64,000 nt of DNA from Oikopleura dioica (taxonomy: Eukaryota > Animalia > Chordata): assembly GCA_907165135.1 (NCBI GenBank), contig OU015566.1:4092001-4156000 (forward strand), in the 5' to 3' direction. Position 1 is the first letter of the stretch, and every line of letters begins with the position of its first letter. The position numbers were made by a program, and so were the translations under genes. Shown piece by piece: positions 37,801 through 47,713 of this stretch. Below the pieces are notes generated by a model. That model ran no database searches, was not told the DNA's origin, and saw only the letters and a list, made by a program, of their open reading frames with translations.

Positions 37801-40045
37801 TTAAATTTAAAAATCACGGAACGGGGCTGAGACGGCCCGAAGGGCCGTCAAGCCCCTTAAATTTAAAAATCACGGAACGGGGCTGAGACGGCCCGAAGGG
37901 CCGTCAAGCCCCTTAAATTTAAAAATCACGGAACGGGGCTGAGACGGCCCGAAGGGCCGTCAAGCCCTTAAATTTAAAAATCACGGAACGGGGCTGAGAC
38001 GGCCCGAAGGGCCGTCAAGCCCTTAAATTTAAAAATCACGGAACGGGGCTGAGACGGCCCGAAGGGCCGTCAAGCCCTTAAATTTAAAAATCACGGAACG
38101 GGGCTGAGACGGCCCGAAGGGCCGTCAAGCCCTTAAATTTAAAAATCACGGAACGGGGCTGAGACGGCCCGAAGGGCCGTCAAGCCCTTAAATTTAAAAA
38201 TCACGGAACGGGGCTGAGACGGCCCGAAGGGCCGTCAAGCCCTAAATTTAAAAATCACGGAACGGGGCTGAGACGGCCCGAAGGGCCGTCAAGCCCTTAA
38301 ATTTAAAAATCACGGAACGGGGCTGAGACGGCCCGAAGGGCCGTCAAGCCCTTAAATTTAAAAATCACGGAACGGGGCTGAGACGGCCCGAAGGGCCGTC
38401 AAGCCCCTTAAATTTAAAAATCACGGAACGGGGCTGAGACGGCCCGAAGGGCCGTCAAGCCCTTAAATTTAAAAATCACGGAACGGGGCTGAGACGGCCC
38501 GAAGGGCCGTCAAGCCCCTTAAATTTAAAAATCACGGAACGGGGCTGAGACGGCCCGAAGGGCCGTCAAGCCCTTAAATTTAAAAATCACGGAACGGGGC
38601 TGAGACGGCCCGAAGGGCCGTCAAGCCCCTTAAATTTAAAAATCACGGAACGGGGCTGAGACGGCCCGAAGGGCCGTCAAGCCCTTAAATTTAAAAATCA
38701 CGGAACGGGGCTGAGACGGCCCGAAGGGCCGTCAAGCCCTTAAATTTAAAAATCACGGAACGGGGCTGAGACGGCCCGAAGGGCCGTCAAGCCCTTAAAT
38801 TTAAAAATCACGGAACGGGGCTGAGACGGCCCGAAGGGCCGTCAAGCCCCTTAAATTTAAAAATCACGGAACGGGGCTGAGACGGCCCGAAGGGCCGTCA
38901 AGCCCCTTAAATTTAAAAATCACGGAACGGGGCTGAGACGGGGCTCATAGTTGAATTTAAAATGTTTGAAAATATCAAGAGAAAAAGAAATTTTCTCAAA
39001 AAATAACTTTTAAATCAATTTTTCCGACCATGGTTGATCATGGTCGGAGCTGCACTTATTGTGGATGAGTTTTGCCCTGATCTTTCGAAATCAGGAAAGA
39101 AAACCAAAAAATTCAACATCACGTGACTCCGCTGGAGATTTTTCCGATTTTTGGCTATTTTGGCGGTTTTCGAGAATTTAGATCTCAATTTTTTCAAAGA
39201 AACTCCCTTAACTCTAGTTTTATTTCTTTTCTACGTGATTCTACTGATCTCGTGCAACATTCTAGGGGGGGTTTTGGGGGGATTCTCTGGGGTCTTATTT
39301 TTATGTGGCCACCCTATTTATCTCTTATTAATAAATCTACAAAGAAAACTATATTTAAATCGAAAATTTCATGAAACTTAATATTTTTAGTGCTAAAAAA
39401 TCACAAAATAATCATTTTTAGGTATTTTCTTTGCAAAAGTACTTATTTTTTGAGACCCCTGCACTCCTCACGTTCTAGCGGTCATTTTGACATGCTGTAT
39501 GCTGTATGCATACAGTATGCCATATTACCATTTCTGTATCAAAAACGGCAGTGGAATACTAGAATTTCGTAAATTTGACCGGAAGTACCCGAATCTCTAG
39601 AATTTTCAAGAGATACATATACCGTTCGACTCGGTTTGAGACGGCGGTGAAGATGGCACTAACAGTTAAAAAGTGACTTTTTGGCCTGAAAACATTTTTC
39701 GAAACTTATCTTAGAGGCACCGCTCCAACCTGCACCACTGGTTCCACTGGCTCCAGCGGCCCTTCTAACGTCGTTGACTGCTCCACCACTACTAGAAAAT
39801 GTGCGGAAGAATGCATTAAGCAAGAGCTCGCTCCTGAAGGCGCCTTTGAATGGAATTGCAAAGGAAACAAGACCGGCAAGAACTGCTTTGTCAAATGCGC
39901 CAACGGAGATAATGCAGGCAACTATCGTCTCAAATGCCTGAAGAAAAATCCAAAGTATTGGAAAGTCATCAAGGGAACGGTAAATATTGACTTTTGAGCC
40001 AGTTTTTTAAATTTATAATAGAAACCATCCTGCGGAGGAAGCTAA
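34840..40045 (+). CDS. secreted astacin (M12A) metalloprotease with LDLa-like domain, PTEPP mucin stalk and two C-terminal Cys modules
   Basis: HEVLHALGFLHEQSRPDRD zinc motif; SLMSY Met-turn; CDQWQDCPSNEDE; (TEPP)6. In-frame 39-nt intron 35450-35488. Downstream exons ~39715-39980 and 40022-40045 encode a second Cys module. Confidence 0.88.
37113..37273. mobile_element. Tc1/mariner-like MITE (TA TSD, CAGTG ends)
   Basis: ta|cagtgggttgcgcag...ctgcgcaacccactg|ta. Confidence 0.85.
37516..38946. repeat. 55/56-bp minisatellite, ~26 near-identical copies with hairpin GACGGCCC-GAA-GGGCCGTC
   Basis: Unit gtcaagccc(c)ttaaatttaaaaatcacggaacggggctgagacggcccgaagggcc. Confidence 0.97.
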
Positions 40046-40860
40046 ATGCACAACCTTCTTGGACTTCGATGCTCTTCTGTCAATATTATCAAGATTTCAA
40101 AGCATGATATCATTAATCCATCTTTTCCCCTTTTAGTTTCATATTTCAATTTATATAACTTCTATTTTTATAAATCATATATTTTCTTATTATTTTTATC
40201 ATATATTCTATCATATTCTTTATTCAATTTTCTCCTCTTCAAATTAATGTCAACGTATTTTGATTTGTCCGAGCTCATATTTACTGCAATAAATTATTGC
40301 CAATAATCAATAAATACTCCCTTCCATCAACATCTGTTAGTCCGGGTTCATACGCATCTTGCTCATATTCTGGACCAAAAATGCAGAAATAGTACGGGAT
40401 AGAGATATTTTGACAAACCCAAGGAGCTAGCCACTGGAAGTAATATTTGATTACTCTTGAGTTGTTCGTGTGGTATAAAAGGTTTCTATTCTTCTTTGAG
40501 CGAGAAAAATGAGATTTTTGATTTTTAGCTTGAGCATTATCAGGACTAGTTTTTCAAAGAGACAAACGGCCTTTTTCTGCCCTAAAATTTGTGAATTTCG
40601 GGCCGAAAAATGCCTCAAAAACTCAATAAAAGAGCGTGCTCGTTTCTTCAAGGCCATTTACTAGAATCTCTTTCTCCAATTCGCCGTCCAATCAATCATT
40701 TTTCCAGACCCCCTTTCATGAAAAAGCGTCAATACGGATTCGCTGCTCACTTGGAAACATTCGATGATTTGATGACGCTCTGGAAAAACGCCCTGAAAGA
40801 AGCGGAAACAAGCAGCAAAAGAGACTATTTATCTGAATACAGAATCAAATAAAAATCAAT

Positions 40861-42361
40861 TTATATATTTGCAGAGGTTTTTGAAGAAATTTTCGGCTCT
40901 TGGCTATTTTCATATTGCCAGCCAGGATCGCCATATTCATATCGACCTTCGAAAAAGACTTGATGTTCCAAGGGCTCGATCTTTGCTTTGAGCGGATCTT
41001 CGGGCAATTTTTGAGGAGATTTTGGAGTTTGCTTCTTGAATGGAGAATTTTGACGGGAGCGAGTGAAGTTGGCAGCGACGACTGGTGAGTTTTTGTATGA
41101 AGCGAGCGAGTTGTTGACTTTTTGAGCCTGAAAAGAGGAAGATTGAAAGAAAGAAAAAAGGGTTCATGGGTTTATAGAAGTGATTTTATGGATCAGGTTT
41201 TTGATTGGCTGGTAGGCAAAATGCAGCGATCTTATTGGTTATCCCAAGATGCACTTCCATAAATTGGTTTATTCCGAAAAAAGGGTTTTTTGTGGCACAA
41301 ACCAAGAAAAGAAAATGCATTTTTGAAAGACCAATTAGCTTGCTGTATTTGGCTCAGCGGCTAATAAAAATTCCGATCCGGAAAATCACTTCGATGTCTT
41401 GATTTTTCTCGTTTTTTTTATTGAAAGATTACCTTTTCTTTTGATTTATGACCAACAATGATGGAAGGCGCAAACAACGCAGCTGAAACCAAAAAGCCCA
41501 GCATCAAAACAACGCCCCTCCCAACATCATCAGGCTGGGAAGCCGCAGAAGCAAAATGAATGAGGTTCATGACAATTGCAAAAATCGACAGCATAAGTCC
41601 AATCTTTAAACTGGGTGATTTTGCACATTCATAATTAAAAGTCGAATCAAGATTTGACTCAAAAGACTCAAAATGACCCGTTTCATGCAAGCGACAGTGT
41701 AGGAGGTGAAGAACAGATCTTTGTCATATTTCCAGCCGAGGATTCCGATGATTCCCGTCACAGCTACGTCGCTAGAATTTCAATTAGAAGTTTTGTCAGA
41801 AATTTTTTTTACAAATAATAAAGATAGCTCATTCTTTTGCCAATTTCCAGCGACCAGGAATCCTTTTCGTTTGCAAAGAGTTTCCCGATGCATGATAAAC
41901 TAAAAAGGCAGATTACTTTCATTCCGAATCCTGTGCAACGAACCAGATGACGCCGGTGACGCCAAGCGCAAGCTTCAGCAGAGACAGTATGTAAGCGACG
42001 TTACGCGGCTGCGATTTAATTTGTCTGAGAAGAGTTTAACGGGTGTTTGACGAAATTTGACGGGACGACAAGTTTGATCGCGTGAAAGTTTATTTTGGAA
42101 TTTTTTTTATTTTTAAGAAAAATTTTTGTTTAAAATACTAATTTTTATTATGTAAATTTATCATAAAAATTATATTTTTAAAATAAAATTGGTAATATTT
42201 AATAAAAATTTTCGACTAAACAATAGATAATTATTTAAAAATTAATTATTTAAAAAAATTGAAAACGAACAACGAAATAACGAACATCGAAAAAAAACAT
42301 ACGAAGGACTTAATTTGAAGCGAATCGAGCTATTGCTTGAAACTTCCGTCAATTCGCTCAT
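40861..42361 (-). CDS. multi-pass (about 4 TM) membrane protein with polar C-terminal tail
   Basis: Exons encode hydrophobic segments AYILSLLKLALGVTGVIWFVA, IGLMLSIFAIVMNLIHFA and VVLMLGFLVSAALFAPSIIV; last exon ends ...KTSANI*. Confidence 0.5.
41177..41392. mobile_element. MITE family C (gaagtgatttt..ggatc TIR, ATTGG-rich); partial copy at ~14867-14970
   Basis: TIRs gaagtgattttatggatc / gatccggaaaatcacttc; related copy in the intron at ~14870. Confidence 0.65.
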
Positions 42362-42675
42362 AAACAGATCTAGAATTTTAACTCTTCTCTTCTTCATATC
42401 TTTCCTTACCTCCTGACAAGTTTACTGCTCCTTTCAAATAATCTTTTGAGTTTCTTTTTTTCGGAATCAATTTGGGAAATGTTCAGTTCACGCTTTTATG
42501 TTCGAAAAACATATTGTTGCGGACACAAAGCCTTAATAATCTGGACCTAAAGGTGCGTATTGATTAATTTGGAATTAATTAATGCTGTTTGTCTATGCGT
42601 ATAAACTCAGAAGAGCATAGTAAGTCTGATGAATCAAGGGCAAGCATCATTAAAAAATGTCTTTTCAGAAGGTTA

Positions 42676-43578
42676 TTTTGAGCCGTTAAGAAGGGTTACC
42701 CCCTTAAGGGGGTAGAACTAGATTTTTCGAAAAATCGTGATTTTCGGGAGGCACCCTTTAATAAGAAAAACCTGTTTTTACTTATGATTACGCAATTTCC
42801 TCAAAAATGTTGCTAGATAAATGGTTTAACTATCTTAAAATGAGAGTTAAAAATTTTGGCTAGTCACGTGATTCAGGAAATTTGAGGACGCGAATACGCT
42901 AAAATTGCAAGTTTCGAAGAGGGGGGTTGAAGTTTCGCTCTCTCACGCCAAAATGTGTTGACGAAAAAAAAATTTAAGAAAAATGTTGTTAGATCTAAGT
43001 TTGTTCTATCTTCAGCCGAAGAGAGAATATGAAAATCTAAGCTCTCCTGGCTTTGAGCGCCGGTCTAGAATCGGCTATTTTCGAAAAACCTAGTTCTACC
43101 CCCTTAATGAAAAATGGGTCACTCTGAGAAAATCGCCGAATGCCGCTGAATGTCGACAAATGTCGCTGAATGTCGCTTAATGTCGCCGAATGTCGTCACT
43201 TATTTTGAAAAACTGAATTTTCGAAGAGATGTTTGGTAGCGACATTCGGGGACTTTCAGCAACATTCGGCGACATTCAGCGACATTTTTCGACATTCAGC
43301 TACATTCGGCGACTTTCTCAGAGTGACGGATTTTTGATTACAGTGGTATGAGCGGTTTCCGCACCCCTATTTTTCGTCTTTAAAAATTCATATCTTTTGA
43401 TTCAGATATGACATTCGATTTCTGCTTTCAGTAATGAAATTTTCACGCCATTTTCTATTAGAGAAAAAAAAGAATAAATAGAGTTTTTTGAAATTTACTG
43501 TGTAATTTTAAAAAATCGTAGGGGTGCGGAAACCGCTCATACCACTGTAAGGGGGTAACCTTTCTTAACGGCTCAAAA
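42676..43578. mobile_element. nest of four elements: outer TIR pair enclosing a TTAA-flanked MITE (42708-43103), a family B foldback (43118-43327) and a Tc1-like MITE (43341-43547)
   Basis: Each has its own TIR pair; TSDs TTAA and TA are visible. Confidence 0.85.
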
Positions 43579-44075
43579 AAAAACCTGCTCAAAAATCAGA
43601 TTAAGGGTGTCACTATGAAAAATCCGCCTTGAATCAGTTTTTCAAATTACTCCCCCAAAGAAAAAGAAGGCTTGTTTTCTCCCTTGATTGCAATTTTCTG
43701 ATTTCTCTGAAATTAATTTCGACTAATTCCTTCTTTGTTTTGTGACGATAGCTGTGTTTGGCGAGAGATTCGTTAGCTCTTGTTCGAGTTCCATCACCTT
43801 AACCATTCATTTTTAATATCCAGCAACTAATATCAAAACGACCCCGCTTTTATCTCAAACTGTTCATTTTGCAAAAAAAAAGAGAAGCACGCAAAAAGTG
43901 TGTGTTTTTTTCTCCTCCTCTGAGTCGAGAAAAAAAGCAAATAGACCGAGTAGCAAATGAATTAAATCCGGGCAATTAGATACGTATTTGTGCTTCTCGG
44001 TGAACTGTTGGAGAATTCTTAATAGATCTGTACCTTCACTTTTCCTTTTCTACAAAATAGCAAGTTTACTTACTT

Positions 44076-44299
44076 GGCTCGGCAACCTGTGTAGAAAGCC
44101 TGAGTGAGGGTCTGAAAGAACTGAAATGAAAAGCCGCGCAGCGGCTTTTTAAGAACGAAGCCGCGAAGCGGCTAAGCTAGAATTTTTGATAGATATTTAT
44201 GGTAATATTAGCGAAGCGCGTTATTAAAAAAGCCGCCGCGCGGCTTTTTATTTCAGTTCTTTCAGATCCTGACTCAGGCTTTCTACACAGGTCGCCTAG
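44076..44299. mobile_element. MITE family A (long form)
   Basis: ~70-bp TIR acctgtgtagaaagcctgagt...actcaggctttctacacaggt with three internal hairpins. Confidence 0.8.
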
Positions 44300-44759
44300 C
44301 AAAGTTTACTTACGGATAGCAGCTTTCAGATCAAAACTCGCTCGTCTGCATAAAATAGTTTCTACTTGACTCTTTGCTTGGTCACTCGTTTTTGCGTCTG
44401 CCTTGACAGCCATCCTGACAAGAACACGAGTCTACAGTAAAGCCAGTATCCTCGTGACAGGTCTCTTTCAAAATTCCAATTTTTAATTAAATCCAATTTA
44501 TTATTGAGCAGTGTCTTTTTTGCTGGACGAGTGAGCTGCTCCTGATGATCCGATCAGGCTCAAATGTCAACACCTGCTTCATGCCAGGATGCGAAAATAG
44601 GCGAATGGACCCTAACGGAGGTGAAGAAACGAAAAAAAGTTGGATCTCAGCTGATAAATCTGTCATCGAGTTTTATGATGATGAGTGCAAATAATTGAAA
44701 AAAACATGAATGATATAAAATTTTCCTTGATAAAAATAATGCTTTCTTGCCAGCTAAAA

Positions 44760-46212
44760 CTTTATATAGCTCTCGCGATAGAATCATTAGTTCCAAGCTC
44801 AAGAATTTCCGCAATTTTCGACCATAACTAGAATAAACGGAGACAGCTTCAATTAAAAAAAGAGGAAGTTCTCATATTTGTGCGCGTGTCATACTTAAAT
44901 GAATTCGAGCTGCTGACTCCTTGTTTCAAGAATTTTTGTTTAGAATCTATCAATGTGTTTGACGAAGACTTACTGAAGTAGAGGACAGCAATGACTCCTG
45001 AAATCGCATACGCAGCTACTGTTTCAAAACCAATAATGATATCGTAAGCAAAATACAAATTGATTCCGATAATCAAAAAAGCTACCAATGGACCGAAGAT
45101 AGTCCAAAACTTTCCAGTCGCAAATTCACCCATTATTCTGAATTATTCATCATTTCAAGCAAAATAATGGCACTAACCTTGCTTGAGCACAAAAATGAAG
45201 AACATGGATAATCGCGAAAGGAAGAAGATTGAAGGATGTTTAAAATATCATTCATGCTGGTCAAGCTCGAAATATCCGAGTAAAAGGCAATCGCGAAAGT
45301 CGGCACGATTGCAAGAGAGCGAGTGAGAACGACTCGGGCGAAACGGGACCACTGAGGATTGAGGAATCCTTCCATGACAAACTGGCCACTGAAAAGAGAA
45401 GTAACAGAGAAGTCTAGGCTTTTTCCATCAGTGGAAAGAATGGCAAGACTCACCTATACTTGCCGGTCATGGTTGAGCTGTGGCCAGCTGCAAAGATTCC
45501 GACGGCCCAGATGTAATTGGATGATTATGAGTTTTAATTAGGATGGAACGCGTGGGTACTCGCTCGAATATTTTAATCTTTTCCTTGTGCCAGCTGAGGA
45601 ACTCCGCAATTGGTGCAGTGAGGTACGACAATGCCGCAAACAACTTCTTTTTGATCGGGCGCAGCTTGGACGTACTCGAAGCCGAAGGAAAACGCCATTG
45701 TCGTAATTAAAACTGCGAAGGATGCTTCTAACTTTCGAAGGCCATACTTGTCGAGGAAAAGGAAAACGACTGTGTCGACGATTGTGATGAGCACACCGCC
45801 CCAAAAAGAAATCGCACAATTGGAAAGAAGGGAGAACGCGATAGCTGTGCCAATTACTTCTTGCATATCGCTGCCGATAATTGCTAATTCTATCGAAAGC
45901 CAGAGAAGAATTCGCACTGGAGGTGAATAGCCATCGTAGCAGACTTGCGCCAGATGCTTCCCTACATCCGGTTCTGGTTTTAAACTTACTCAAGTGACAG
46001 ATAATTACCGGTAGTAACTCCGAGTCTGAGCGCAAATTCTCTGGCGAAGGGGTAACATCGCCCACCCCGATTTCAGTCATCTGAACGAACAAGGAATCTT
46101 AAATTTCCTCCACTAGAATACAAAGATCATCACCAATTCCACGATTATTTATTTTGACCCAGGTTCATGCACCTAAACTTACTTCAGCAGAATATGCTTT
46201 ATTGTCTGTCAT
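44760..46212 (-). pseudogene. NRAMP/SLC11 metal transporter, internally deleted (probable pseudogene or non-transporting variant)
   Basis: RLGVTTG|[59 protein letters not shown] and MGEF are present; no DPGN (TM1) or MPH (TM6) segments found. 3' end approximate. Confidence 0.7.
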
Positions 46213-46515
46213 CTAAAAATCAATCGAAAAGAAAGAATCAAACAGAAGTTCCAAATTCAAAGTTGATAACAAATTTACTGTAGGTTTACTTCAGAAGCAA
46301 ACAAATAAAAATGAACTGAACCTCCAGGTCACTTTTCGAGAAAAATCTGAACTTGAGTACCCTTTCTATAAAATTCTCTAACGATAAAAATTGTTAAAAA
46401 ATATGATGGCAAAATAACATAAAAACGGATTTTTAAAATTTTTTATTCAGTGAGTTGACATGTAAAGAATAAAATGCTGAACAGAGAAATGACGAGATAA
46501 ATCTCTACCTCAAAT

Positions 46516-46977
46516 TCAAAATCCACCGTTCTGTGCCGCCATTCTGCGCATGAGTCTCCGTAATTGGGCTTGAGCTACCATTTTTTCCGCGCGAAGTTTG
46601 GCGTTTTCTTCGGTCAGCCGCATCCATTCGATGGTCTGCCGTTCGATCTAAAATGAGAAAAATTAAGTACTTGCTTCAAGAAAAAAAAGATCGACTTACC
46701 TTTTCGTCTTGTCGTGCCAGTTCATCATTCGCGTATTCGATATTCATTCTGTTATGTTCACACTTGTCTCGTCCCCTTTGCTCTGCTGCTTGAATTTTGG
46801 CCTCGAGACTTAAAATTATTTAAATCAGAGATTCCAATAAAAATGGTTAATTATCAATCAATGACGATTTTTTCCTTACTATCGAACTTTTTCCTTGTGG
46901 AAAAGATAAATTAACACAATCATCCCCATGAAGAAGATCGCCGAGGCAGCGGAAACCGGGACGTAGACAATAAACAT
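46516..46977 (-). CDS. small N-terminally anchored coiled-coil protein
   Basis: MFIVYVPVSAASAIFFMGMIVLIYLF then LEAKIQAAEQ...LTEENAKLRAEK...AAQNGGF*; 3 exons. Confidence 0.5.
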
Positions 46978-47713
46978 CTAGAATTATAAAAATAATTATT
47001 AATAAAAATCAATGAAAAGCGAAAAAACAAATAAACACTCGGAAACTGCAGTTTAAATCTGTAGAAATTCAGATTAATAGACAAATAACCGATACTAAAA
47101 ATTATTAATATCTCAGTTTTCTCGAATTAAGGGTTATCTCTCTCCAAAAAGAAAAGAAATTTCGTCGAAATTTGGTGAAAATTTTCGTTTTTTCTTCGAA
47201 TGAAACAAGCGCGATCTGAATTTGCCATCAAAATTAAAATCAGATTCGCCATCTTTGATTTTTTCAGTTGCTCAAAAATCCCAAGGCAAGTTTTGAGAGT
47301 TCAAGTTGACATGAAATAAAAGAACAAAGTAAAATCGTCATTTTGAAATAAATTTATGACATTAATTACGTTTATTAAAAATAGAAATTAAATCATAAAA
47401 TATACTTTTACATACTCTTCCTTGTTTTCAGCCGATGAATAAACTGACAATGAACTAGTTCCGCTGTCGCGAATTCATTGCCAATTATTTTTTCTTCCAA
47501 CCACTTTCGGAAAATTCGTTACAACAAGGTGCAAAGGAATAATATTCATTTTACCGCAGGAAGCTTCTTTGAAGTTTACCGAGTTTTCGTTTTATGTTCC
47601 TGAGGCAGCAAAAAGTCAGTTAATTTTTACGACGACATTTTCGTTCTCAGAGGGAAAGAGACGTACTCAAGTACATTTGCGACTTTTCGACTTTTCGTGT
47701 TTTTGAGTTGATC

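Larger units (their letters stand above)
36523..39597. mobile_element. non-autonomous DNA element with ~200-bp (degenerately ~300-bp) TIRs, TA-flanked
   Basis: 36523-36722 is the reverse complement of 39381-39597 apart from a small indel and a few substitutions; no transposase ORF. Confidence 0.85.
36464..39710. mobile_element. outer TIR element (50-bp TIR GATAAGTTTCGAAAAATG..., TTA TSD, PIF/Harbinger-like) coinciding with the astacin intron
   Basis: tta|gataagtttcgaaaaatgttttcaggccaaaaa...tttttggcctgaaaacatttttcgaaacttatc|tta. Confidence 0.85.

Noticed and set aside
37516-38946. CRISPR-like array (palindromic repeats at regular spacing)
   Set aside because: Units are identical with no unique spacers, there are no cas genes, and the context is a eukaryotic intron; it is a minisatellite.
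36523-39597. Autonomous transposon
   Set aside because: No transposase-length ORF; the interior is repeat and AT-rich sequence.
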